From IMG/VR virus record IMGVR_UViG_3300032212_000020, positions 1 to 49,355 of that record: a stretch of 49,355 nt of DNA; one strand, written 5' to 3'. The first letter of the stretch is position 1, and each line of letters opens with the position of its first letter. The DNA is from a virus. Taxonomy: Duplodnaviria; Caudoviricetes. This document shows positions 17,676 through 26,015 of this stretch, in pieces. The notes beneath the pieces are model-generated. The model ran no database searches. It had not been told where the DNA came from and worked only from the letters and a program-made list of their open reading frames with translations. The position numbers and the translations under genes were made by a program.

Positions 17676-18061
17676 TCTCGTTCCGCTTCCCGTGCAAGAC
17701 GGTCTCGCCGCTGAACAAGCGCGAGCACTTCCGCGCTCGGACCGCCCGCGTCCGGGACGAGAAGGCCGCCATCGCCGTCTACCTGGCCCGCCACCGCAAG
17801 CCGGCGCTGCCCCTGGTCGTCCGCTTCACGCGCACGTCGGCGGGCCGCCTGGACTCCGACAACCTCCCCGGCGCCTTCAAAGCGATGCGGGACGAGCTGT
17901 GCCGCTGGCTCGGCATCGACGACAAGACCGACCGCATCTCCTGGGAGTACGTCCAGGCCCGCGGTCGACAGGGCGAGCAGGTGGTGGGGGTGGAGATCCG
18001 CCCCCGCCCCGCCTTGCACACGACGCTGCTGGCGGTCCTGCCAGCGCAGGAGGCCGCGTGA
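17672..18061 (+). CDS. RusA-like Holliday junction resolvase
   Basis: LDSDNL...KAMRD...GIDD catalytic pattern. Confidence 0.75.
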   Translation: MISFRFPCKTVSPLNKREHFRARTARVRDEKAAIAVYLARHRKPALPLVVRFTRTSAGRLDSDNLPGAFKAMRDELCRWLGIDDKTDRISWEYVQARGRQGEQVVGVEIRPRPALHTTLLAVLPAQEAA

Positions 18062-18228
18062 ACGAGGACATGCACCACGACTGGACGGACGAGGAGCTGT
18101 ACCCGGCTCACGTCCGGCCCGAGCCGACCATCTACGAGTCGCAGCCATGGGTGGCGGGCGCGCGGGACCTCGGCGGGCTGCTGCTCGTCGCGGTGGCGTT
18201 CGCGCTGTGGTGGGGGCTCACCCCGTGA
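18058..18228 (+). CDS. Small membrane protein
   Basis: GGAGG SD, GTG start, C-terminal TM GGLLLVAVAFALWWGL. Confidence 0.55.
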   Translation: MNEDMHHDWTDEELYPAHVRPEPTIYESQPWVAGARDLGGLLLVAVAFALWWGLTP

Positions 18229-18671
18229 ACGCTCCCATCCCCACAACCGGCACCGGCCTCAAGGGCGACTGGCTCCTGGGCCCGCACGGCGGCGTGCGCG
18301 TCGACCTGGGTGTCCGCCCGCCGGGCCTGATCGCCTGCTGCTGTGCGGCGACATGGGCGACCGTGCGAGACCTGCTCACCACGCCCGTGGAGGACCCGGA
18401 GCCCCTCGAGGCGCCCCGGCGCTGGCGGTCGGTCCGGACCGTTGCTGCGGGGCCCGTGCGACACGACTCGGAGGCCGTCTTCGCCGACGCCGACAAGTGC
18501 ATCTACAGCGCTCCCCGATGGCTCCTGGCGGCCGTGAGCGCCTGCAAGGACGCAGGACTCGGCGTGCTCGTCACCGAGGACACCGGGCACCATCAGGACG
18601 TGCTCGTCGTGCGCCAGGGCGGCGACGTCGTGGCGTTCGTCGGGGTGCGGCGGCTGGAGCGTGCTGCGTGA
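18225..18671 (+). CDS. Hypothetical protein
   Basis: GTGA-coupled at both ends. Confidence 0.6.
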   Translation: MNAPIPTTGTGLKGDWLLGPHGGVRVDLGVRPPGLIACCCAATWATVRDLLTTPVEDPEPLEAPRRWRSVRTVAAGPVRHDSEAVFADADKCIYSAPRWLLAAVSACKDAGLGVLVTEDTGHHQDVLVVRQGGDVVAFVGVRRLERAA

Positions 18672-19822
18672 GTGGCTTCCTCCAGGTCCCCGAGGCCGCG
18701 CTCGACCTTGCCGCTGACTGGCAGGACCGGTGCATCGTGTTCGGGCTGTACGAGCTCGCGGACGAGCAGCGCTTCGGGCCGTTCAAGGCGTCGTCGCGGA
18801 TGCTGCGCGCGAGGTTTGGGGGCGCGTCCGGTCGCCGGGTCGAGGCCATCGTGAAGGCGATGGTCGCGGAGGGACTGATCCAGGTCGAGCGGGAGGGCAC
18901 GCCCCGGACCCCGCGGGTGCTGCGGGTTCTCCGCTGGAAGGAGTGGGTCGCGCTCGACGGTGCCAGCGTTCCGGAGACAGGAGCGCGGAACGCAGGCGGG
19001 AACGCAGGTGGGAACGCTCCCGTGCTCGACCAAGGCCAGGAGCAGGACGACGTTCCCAGCGTTCCCGATGATGATGCGCGGAACGCAGGCCGGAACGCAG
19101 GCGGGAACGCCCATCGCGCGCGCTCTTCTTCCAGACCCCAGACCTCAGACTCCAGAGAGAACCCCCCTCCCCCTGCCGGGGTCGGGTCCCCGTCTCCCAT
19201 CCCGAAGTGGGTCCCCAGTCAGACCGGGGGCCAGGCCCGCCGCGAGGTCGGCGATGGAGTGCTCCGGGTGCTCGCCGAGATCTCCGGCCGGCCCTGCAGG
19301 GCGCTGGACATCGAGGGCGACGGGCGGGACATCAAGCCCTCGCAGTCGAAGGCTGCCGCGAAGCCCATCCTGAGCCTCCTCCGAGCGCTGGACTGGCCCG
19401 ACATGGCCGAGTTCGTCCGCCACGCTTGCCTCGTCGCGAGGGCCGCCCGGAGCTGCCCGCACCCGATGTTCGCTCGGGACATCCGGGCCGAGGGCTGGGA
19501 CGCGGGCACGGACCGCCGACGGCGGGTCACCACGCTGATGGTCCAGGACCGATGGGACGACCGCCTGGTCGAAGCCCTGCGCTGGCGGGAGGCCGGCGAG
19601 CCCCGCGGTGCTCCTCGCCCCCGAGCCGGCCCCAGCCGCCGCCCCACCGCCCCCACCGCCGAGGACTGGCTCACCACCGAGTCGCTCGGCCTCGACGCCC
19701 CCCTGCCCTACGACCACCACGGAGACGACCATGGCCACCGAGAGCGCGATCAAGGAGTTCCTCGCGACGCTGAGCATGACCGGGCTGCTGCACCCCCGGA
19801 AGGGCGCGCCCGAGTCGCTTAG
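18668..19822 (+). CDS. Putative replication initiator (lambda O-like: N-terminal wHTH, iteron-containing linker)
   Basis: SSRMLRARFGG..GRRVEAIVKAMVAEGLI; internal DNA repeats; followed by a loader-like gene. Confidence 0.7.
   Translation: MSGFLQVPEAALDLAADWQDRCIVFGLYELADEQRFGPFKASSRMLRARFGGASGRRVEAIVKAMVAEGLIQVEREGTPRTPRVLRVLRWKEWVALDGASVPETGARNAGGNAGGNAPVLDQGQEQDDVPSVPDDDARNAGRNAGGNAHRARSSSRPQTSDSRENPPPPAGVGSPSPIPKWVPSQTGGQARREVGDGVLRVLAEISGRPCRALDIEGDGRDIKPSQSKAAAKPILSLLRALDWPDMAEFVRHACLVARAARSCPHPMFARDIRAEGWDAGTDRRRRVTTLMVQDRWDDRLVEALRWREAGEPRGAPRPRAGPSRRPTAPTAEDWLTTESLGLDAPLPYDHHGDDHGHRERDQGVPRDAEHDRAAAPPEGRARVA
18966..19110. repeat. Iteron array, putative replication origin
   Basis: GGAACGC at 18987, 18999, 19011, 19080, 19092 and 19104 (12-bp period); inverted GCGTTCC at 18966 and 19059. 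Confidence 0.8.
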
Positions 19823-20405
19823 CGGAGACGGCCGAGCCCGGGCCAAGGTCCAGCTCATCACCATCTGGCACTCGCTGCTCCGCGACATCGACGACGGGCA
19901 GCTCGCCGCGGCGACGGCGGCGTACCTGCGGGACCCGAAGGTCTGCCAGTGGTACCCCCAGCCCGGCCAGATCATCGCCCGCGTCCCCGGCGAACGGGCT
20001 GCGGCGGTCGACGACGCCGACGTGGCCTGGGGCGAGTGCCTGGCCTGGACTCGTCGCAACGCCATCGTGGTGCTCTACGGCAGCGCCGGGCGCCCTGGCG
20101 AGCCCCCACCGTGGGCAGCGGACGAGCTCCCCCGCTCGAAGGCGCTCGCTCGCGCCATGGACTCCATCGGTGGGCCGAAGGCCATCCTCAACCTCGGCGA
20201 CCGCACGCTCTCGACGGACACCGAGGCGGCGCTTCGGGCCAGCTTCCGCAACGCCTACCGGGCCATGCGCCAGCAGCAGATCGCGGCACGCGAAGACGGC
20301 AACGTCACGCGCCTGGCGGACGTGCGGCGGACCCGGCAGATCGACACGGTCGATGGGATGGTGGCCGGGCTCACCGAGCGCATGACTGGGCAGGGTCGGC
20401 GGTGA
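19731..20405 (+). CDS. Helicase loader/inhibitor-like protein (G39P/P-like position)
   Basis: GGAG SD; WHSLLRDIDD...YLRD...WYPQPGQII...AWGE...LRASFRNAY. Confidence 0.65.
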   Translation: MATESAIKEFLATLSMTGLLHPRKGAPESLSGDGRARAKVQLITIWHSLLRDIDDGQLAAATAAYLRDPKVCQWYPQPGQIIARVPGERAAAVDDADVAWGECLAWTRRNAIVVLYGSAGRPGEPPPWAADELPRSKALARAMDSIGGPKAILNLGDRTLSTDTEAALRASFRNAYRAMRQQQIAAREDGNVTRLADVRRTRQIDTVDGMVAGLTERMTGQGRR

Positions 20406-20596
20406 AGGCCGTCCTCCACGCCCCCGCCCGCGTCATCCGCCCCGTCACCGTGCGCGGGACGCAGCTCGAGCCGGGCACGCCGGTCCTCGCGTCCCGATGG
20501 GGCGGGCAGCTCTGGGTGCTGTGGCATGGGGCCGAGGTCCCGGTCGAGGCGGGGGCGGTGCGGCGGGTGGTGAGGGTCGAGAAGGAGGCAGCGTGA
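20402..20596 (+). CDS. Small hypothetical protein
   Basis: GTGA coupling; beta-rich 64 aa. Confidence 0.55.
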   Translation: MKAVLHAPARVIRPVTVRGTQLEPGTPVLASRWGGQLWVLWHGAEVPVEAGAVRRVVRVEKEAA

Positions 20597-20868
20597 CGCA
20601 GAGCCCACTCTTCCAGCAGCAGCGCGCCCGCGGACCCGCCCCCGTCATGGCCAACGGCGGCGCGACCGACCTCGAGGTGACCCTCTGCCGCGACTACTGC
20701 ACGCTGGCCCGACCGCCCGGCCCGCCGAACCCCGCCACGCTCGTCCGCTGGGACGTCTACGGACGCTGCCGGCGGGGCGATGCTCCCGACATCGACGTGA
20801 TGGCTACGCGGCGGGTGTGGAGGGCTTGGGTGCGGGGGCTGGCGCTGGGGGGAGCGCGGCGCAGGTGA
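20593..20868 (+). CDS. Small hypothetical protein
   Basis: AAGGAGG SD; GTGA coupling. Confidence 0.55.
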   Translation: MTQSPLFQQQRARGPAPVMANGGATDLEVTLCRDYCTLARPPGPPNPATLVRWDVYGRCRRGDAPDIDVMATRRVWRAWVRGLALGGARRR

Positions 20869-21086
20869 GAGGCGGGGCATCCGAGCCACCCGCTGTATCT
20901 GCCGGGGCGGCTGCGGTTGGGGGCGTGGGGTCGAGCCCGTCGGGGTGCCCCCGAATAGCGCCTCAGGTCCCTGCCGCCTGCGTCGACGCCGCTGCCTCTG
21001 CATCAACGGGGGCCGACGGCGCGAGGCCGGGCGGGAACAGGCCACGCTGCATGCACTTCGCTGCCAAGGCGGTCGGCTCGACGATG

Positions 21087-21578
21087 TCAAAGGTCATCGT
21101 CCCAGCCCAAGCGGTCCCTCATCTTCTGGTCGAGGGTGACGACGGTCTTCGCTTGCCAGCGGGCCGCGCAGGAGATGATCAACGCGTCGTACTTGTAGAA
21201 CCCCTTCTGGCCTGTCCTTAGGGCAATCTCAGCGTCATTGATTCGCGTCATCCTGAAGTGCTCACCACAGAACGTGGCGGCCTCCCGGTCGAGCGCAACG
21301 GTCACGATGCCCCGGGTGAGCGGGTCCTCCCCCTGGGGCGGCGTTTGGCGCCGGTTGCGGAGTACCTCCGCAATCGTAGGGGACGCGACCAACACCAGCA
21401 CGCCATTCAAGATTGCCTTCTCCAGCAACTCACGGCAGAGAGGTGTTCGCGGGTCCGGCCGCACCTCATCCAGCGCCCGCAGCAGCACGCCAGTATCAAG
21501 CAGCAAGGGGCCCGCGTCCTTCAGCTTTGCAACGTCGATCTGGGCGTCGAGGTACTCCGAAAATCTCGTATCGCTCAC
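21087..21578 (-). CDS. PIN-domain (VapC-like) nuclease
   Basis: LLLDTGVL...SPTIAEV...YDALIISCA...VVTLD acidic tetrad. Confidence 0.85.
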   Translation of the reverse strand: MSDTRFSEYLDAQIDVAKLKDAGPLLLDTGVLLRALDEVRPDPRTPLCRELLEKAILNGVLVLVASPTIAEVLRNRRQTPPQGEDPLTRGIVTVALDREAATFCGEHFRMTRINDAEIALRTGQKGFYKYDALIISCAARWQAKTVVTLDQKMRDRLGWDDDL

Positions 21579-22387
21579 GGTCCGTCTCCAAGCACAGCGT
21601 CCAGCAGGTCCGGCTTCGCGCCCGGCTCATCCGTCGCGGCGCGCTCCGCTTCGATGTCCGCCGGATCCACGTCAAGCCCTCGGACCCAGGCCCGCCAGGT
21701 CTCGATGGCGCTGCCCAGTGGGGCAACCTCTCGCACGCTGAGCAGCCGCCCGTCTTTGACGACGTTTCCGTCAGCGTCCCGGGAGATGTGCACGTCGACC
21801 TGAACGTCCTGGTATAGGTTCTCAGCGGCCTGGCGCGCCTTGGCCTCAGTGGTCCTGAGCGTGAAACGCTCGCGCAGTATGACGTCCTCCACAGCGACCC
21901 GAGGCTCCCTTCCGCCGACCCGCAGCACACGGACCCTGAGCGACTCCATGGACTCCCTGGGGGGCGACTCCGTGGGCTCCTCAAGGTCCAGTTGCAAGTC
22001 CCGACCGGCACACTGCACCTTCGCGCCGCCAGGCGGAAGATCGAGCGCAACGAGACCGGCTCGCGCACGTTCAACGGCCTTGGTTGCACCCCGGGGGGCT
22101 GTAGTGGAGCGATTGGTGATCGCCCGGGCGGAACGAGCGGTGAGCGCCGCGACCTGGTCGAGCGTCGCACCCGTCGCCCAAGCCGTGATCTGGGCGCACT
22201 TGTCGATGACCTCCAGTCCGGTGAACTCCAGCGTCTGCCCGTCGTCGTGGCCGTAGGCCCGCATGACCTCAAGCATGCCCGCCATGACGTCCAGCGTGGC
22301 GACGGAGTCCACGGTGAGTGGCTCGATCCCCTCACCATCAAGGTGGAGGATGACGGCGTGGCGGGTGGCTGGCGACTTGTGCGTCAC
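21575..22387 (-). CDS. 270-aa partner of the PIN gene, unknown function
   Basis: Coupled to PIN; C-terminal beta-rich RVLRVGGREPRV...AAENLYQDVQV domain. Confidence 0.75.
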   Translation of the reverse strand: MTHKSPATRHAVILHLDGEGIEPLTVDSVATLDVMAGMLEVMRAYGHDDGQTLEFTGLEVIDKCAQITAWATGATLDQVAALTARSARAITNRSTTAPRGATKAVERARAGLVALDLPPGGAKVQCAGRDLQLDLEEPTESPPRESMESLRVRVLRVGGREPRVAVEDVILRERFTLRTTEAKARQAAENLYQDVQVDVHISRDADGNVVKDGRLLSVREVAPLGSAIETWRAWVRGLDVDPADIEAERAATDEPGAKPDLLDAVLGDGP

Positions 22388-22635
22388 GTTCCCAGCGTAC
22401 CGCGCGAGACAGGCTCGTGCAGAGGGCCCGCATCGACCCTCGCCTCAGCGTGCTCATCGACGTGGGAAGAGGAGAGGATTCTACCCGCCGACGTCAAGCC
22501 GCCCGACGCGTGACGCCCCCTAAGCCCACGAAACCGCTCGTTTCACACTGAGCCGCGAGCGTGTGCCAGAACGGCGCGTGACGTTTCATTGTAGCACCCA
22601 CCGTGCTACCTTGAAGCCTGCCTCCCTGGTGTCTC

Positions 22636-23145
22636 GTGAACCCACCCTGCCTCGTGTCTGCCCTCCTCGTCGTCATCTTCGCGGTGTCCGGCTGCCGCTC
22701 AGCCTCGCAGGCCTCGGGGGATACCTCGAGCAAGGACGATGACAGCCTCCCTGGCGCCCCCGACACCTGGGACCCCGGTCCTGCCCTCGACACGGGCGAC
22801 GACGTCACCACGGCGGACACCGGCACCGGCACCGACACCGGTGAGCTCCCGGACACCGGCACCGGCGCCACCGAGCCCGCGCTGCAGCTCCGCCCCGGCT
22901 CCGTCTGGGGTGTCGCCCAGGTCGCCTGGGTGGGCGGGCTCGGCAGCCTCGACGGCTGGGTCTGCGACGGCCTGCAGGCGTGGGTCTCCCGCGACCCCGA
23001 GTGCGGCACCGTCGCCGAGCTCCCCGCCTCCCTCCCCCCGGACGCCTGGCTGTGCGTCCAGGTCACCCAGCCCGGCGCGTGGGCCTGCGAGGTCACGCTC
23101 GACGGCCAGGTCCAGGGCATCACCGTCACCGGCGAGTCGCCGTAG
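22636..23145 (+). CDS. Putative lipoprotein with Asp-Thr-Gly low-complexity linker
   Basis: Signal peptide ending VSGC lipobox; DTG repeats; Cys/Trp C-terminal domain. Confidence 0.7.
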   Translation: MNPPCLVSALLVVIFAVSGCRSASQASGDTSSKDDDSLPGAPDTWDPGPALDTGDDVTTADTGTGTDTGELPDTGTGATEPALQLRPGSVWGVAQVAWVGGLGSLDGWVCDGLQAWVSRDPECGTVAELPASLPPDAWLCVQVTQPGAWACEVTLDGQVQGITVTGESP

Positions 23146-23158
23146 CCCTGGAGACCGC

Positions 23159-23947
23159 ATGCCTCCCCGCACCAGCGCCGACCCCGACAAGCTCCGGGCC
23201 GCGGTCCGCGTCGTGCTGGACGGGACGCTGTCCCAGCGGGCAGCGTGCAAGCGCTACGAGGTGCCGAAGACCACGCTGTCGCGCGCGGTCAAGAAGGCGC
23301 GGGCGCAGGTGGACCAGGGTGGACCGGACCAGCGGACCGGAAGTGGACCGGACCGGACCACCCCGAACCAGACGACGGTCGATGTCCCAGAAGGCCCCAC
23401 GCTGAGGGTGCCAGCGGACGACGGGGATGCCCGCCTACCCGCCAATCAGATGCAGGCCGCGGCCATGCTGGTGGACGGGTCTCGAACCCACGCCGAGATC
23501 GCCGGCCTCATCGGGGTGGACCGGAAGACCATCACGCGGTGGAAGCAGGACCCCGTCTTCGCGTCCGTGATGTCGGACCTCGAGCAGCAGGCCCGGCAGC
23601 AGGCGATGCAGGCCCTGGCCCGGGGAGCCGAAGAGGCGGTGATGGGGAACCGGGAGGCCACCCTGTTCGCGCGGTCCGTCATCGGGACCGGGCTGCGGCT
23701 GCTGAAGCGGCTGGAGGAAGAGGGCGCCGAGGAAGCCCCAGACGCGAACACCGTGGAGAAGGTGCTCGACAAGGCGCTGGTCGCGGCCCGCGTCCTGGGC
23801 TCCACGCCGCTGCTGGACCGCGGCGGCTTCCCGAAGACGGCGCGCGTCGAGATCACCACCGACCGCGCCGACGAGGGCGTCACGCCGCTGGAGCGCGCCA
23901 AGTCGACCCGGGCCCGCCTGAAGGTGCTCCAGGGCGGTGCGACGTGA
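23159..23947 (+). CDS. terS: Terminase small subunit (two HTH domains)
   Basis: psq-like HTH LSQRAACKRYEVPKTTLSR and second HTH THAEIAGLIGVDRKTITRWKQDPVF; LLDRGG; directly upstream of terL. Confidence 0.7.
   Translation: MPPRTSADPDKLRAAVRVVLDGTLSQRAACKRYEVPKTTLSRAVKKARAQVDQGGPDQRTGSGPDRTTPNQTTVDVPEGPTLRVPADDGDARLPANQMQAAAMLVDGSRTHAEIAGLIGVDRKTITRWKQDPVFASVMSDLEQQARQQAMQALARGAEEAVMGNREATLFARSVIGTGLRLLKRLEEEGAEEAPDANTVEKVLDKALVAARVLGSTPLLDRGGFPKTARVEITTDRADEGVTPLERAKSTRARLKVLQGGAT
23311..23359. repeat. Seven GGACC pentamers in terS (candidate pac region)
   Basis: GGACC at 23311, 23321, 23326, 23334, 23345, 23350 and 23355. Confidence 0.6.
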
Positions 23948-23960
23948 CCCGGCCGGGGCG

Positions 23961-25748
23961 ATGAGCGCCGCGCTGAAGCTGTCGGCCGCCCTCGAGGCCA
24001 CGACCCAAGCGCTCCACGAGTCCGAGGCAGCAGCAACCACCCGAGCCGCGCTGGCGGCGGTGGGGCGCGCCGTGGACGCCGTGCTCGCCGACCCCGACTT
24101 CGCGGACACCCTGGAAGGTCGGGAGGTCCTCGACTGGGCGGCGGGCTTCGCCGAGGACATCAAGCAGCACCAGCAGTCCCACCCCCTCGCTCTCGCGACC
24201 CTGTGGGCGCCGAGATGCCTCGACTGCGGCGAGTGGTCCCCGCGCCTGAAGGTGTGGGAGGGCCCCGAGATGGAGTGGACGGGCGACGGCCTCGTCCACG
24301 AGTGCCCCGACTGCGGGCACCGCGAGGCCCGGACGTCCCAGCGGCTCGCCATCCAGGCTGTCCTCTACGGGGAGCACGACCGGTGCTTCGTCCTGGGGGG
24401 CAACCGGACCGGCAAGAGCGAGGGCACGGCCCAGCTCACGGTCGCCGTCATCCTCGGGCGGGACCATGCCGACGTCATCTCCTGGTGTCGGGAGAACGGC
24501 TTCGACATGGACCGCATCCCCGAGCGGCGGCTCCCGCGGGGGGCGGGGCTCGGGTACGCCGTCGCGCTCACCAGCAACGACAGCGCGCAGTACGTCCGGC
24601 CCAAGATCGAGCGGTACATGCCGGCCGGCACCGAGTACCGGAACTGGGGCGGGAACGGCCAGGCGGTGGCGACGGCGCCCAACGGCGCCACGCTGGTCTG
24701 CAAGAGCGTGGACCAGGGCCGCCGGGCGATGCAGGGGGCGGCTGCCCGGGTCGTGTGGCTGGACGAGGAGCCGGACGGCTCCGATGCGCTCGGCATCATC
24801 GAGGAGCTGGACGCCCGCCTGACCGACTTCGACGGCTACATGGTCTTCTCGATGACGCCGCTGAAGGGCTGGACGCCGCTGCTCGAGCAGCACCTGCGGA
24901 AGCCCCGGCCTGACGTGCTGAGCCGCAACCTCGACGCGCTCGACAACCCGCACGTCCCTCGGCACAGCGTGGTGAAGCGGCTCGCCCGGTACGGCGAGCG
25001 CATCCGGGAGGCCCGGCGGAGGGGCGTGATCGCCGCCCTCGAGGGCTCCGTCCACCCCGACTTCCTCCGAGACGTCCACGTCGTGCCGGCGTTCGAGGTG
25101 CCCGACGAGTGGGCGCGGTTCGACGCCATCGACTTCGGCGCCCGGGACCCGTTCGTCCACCTCTGGGCGGCCCGGGCTCCCGACGACGTCCTCCACGTCT
25201 TCCGCGAGCACTACCAGAAGGACACACGCCTTCGGGACCACGCGCGGACCATCTGGGCGGCGGAGGGCTGCCCGGACTGCATGCCCTCGGACTTCGGCTC
25301 AGACGAGTGGCGGGCCTGGCTCTTCGCGAGCTCCGACTGCGAGACGTGCGGTGGGTCCGGCCGCCGCGAGCGGGAGCCGGAGCGCAGGTGGGCCGACCCA
25401 GAGGGCCGCGACGCCCGCGAGACGCTCGAAGACGAGTTCGGCATCCCATCGGAGACCGCGCGCAAGGACCGGCGGGCCTCGTTCGACGCGCTGGACGAGC
25501 GGATGCAGCTGGACGTCGAGGGCAAGCCGCACATCGTCATCCACGACTGCTGCGTGAACACCATCCGCGAGGTCGAGAACCTCGTCTGGAACGAGAAGAG
25601 GAAGGGCGAGATGGAGGTGAAGGGCGACGACCACGCCTGGGACTGCCTCCGGTACCTGGCCTTCGGCATCGTGCTGTACGACAGGGACCACGGGGGCCTC
25701 GACGCCGACGACATGGACGACTTCCTCAAGGCGTTCGGTTCCCCATGA
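23961..25748 (+). CDS. terL: Terminase large subunit
   Basis: Walker A GGNRTGKS, Walker B VVWLDEEP, SMTP coupling motif, nuclease AIDFG and DDHAWDCLRY. Confidence 0.93.
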   Translation: MSAALKLSAALEATTQALHESEAAATTRAALAAVGRAVDAVLADPDFADTLEGREVLDWAAGFAEDIKQHQQSHPLALATLWAPRCLDCGEWSPRLKVWEGPEMEWTGDGLVHECPDCGHREARTSQRLAIQAVLYGEHDRCFVLGGNRTGKSEGTAQLTVAVILGRDHADVISWCRENGFDMDRIPERRLPRGAGLGYAVALTSNDSAQYVRPKIERYMPAGTEYRNWGGNGQAVATAPNGATLVCKSVDQGRRAMQGAAARVVWLDEEPDGSDALGIIEELDARLTDFDGYMVFSMTPLKGWTPLLEQHLRKPRPDVLSRNLDALDNPHVPRHSVVKRLARYGERIREARRRGVIAALEGSVHPDFLRDVHVVPAFEVPDEWARFDAIDFGARDPFVHLWAARAPDDVLHVFREHYQKDTRLRDHARTIWAAEGCPDCMPSDFGSDEWRAWLFASSDCETCGGSGRREREPERRWADPEGRDARETLEDEFGIPSETARKDRRASFDALDERMQLDVEGKPHIVIHDCCVNTIREVENLVWNEKRKGEMEVKGDDHAWDCLRYLAFGIVLYDRDHGGLDADDMDDFLKAFGSP

Positions 25749-25749
25749 T

Positions 25750-25798
25750 GTTTCACCACTGAACCATCCACCTTGACGGGATGGTTTCAACGTGAAAC
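25750..25798. promoter_or_regulatory. GTTTCA/TGAAAC dyads around a TTGACG hexamer
   Basis: GTTTCA-ccac-TGAACC 25750; TTGACG 25773; GTTTCA-acg-TGAAAC 25784. Confidence 0.6.
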
Positions 25799-25812
25799 GT
25801 TAGCTCATGCGC

Positions 25813-26014
25813 GCGTCCCACCCTGACCCCTTCCGCCCCCCGGGCGGTACTGCCGTCGCCCACCAGCGGCTGGTGCTGCCCGCGGGCGGCAAGCCTGACG
25901 CTGACCACGGGCTGCCTCCGGGCTGCCTGCGCGGCGGTGCATGGCGGAAGACGGGCGTCACGAGCGAGGGCGACACCTGGGAACGCCCCTGCTTCGGCGA
26001 CCACGGGGGGGCGT
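25813..26014 (+). ncRNA. Candidate structured RNA / leader between terL and portal
   Basis: Nested complementary segments 25813-20/25978-86, 25830-37/25943-50, 25847-55/25932-40; internal hairpins; GC-TTCG-GC tetraloop. Confidence 0.45.
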
Positions 26015-26015
26015 G

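Noticed and set aside
20876-20951. tRNA-like element (GGGGCATCC...GGGTCGAGCCC...GGGTGCCCC)
   Set aside because: Closing stem present, but no canonical TTCG T-loop, D-arm, anticodon arm or CCA; plausible chance pairing at this GC content
23961-25748. Intein or intron in terL
   Set aside because: Insertions are short, lack intein terminal HN motifs, and the frame is continuous
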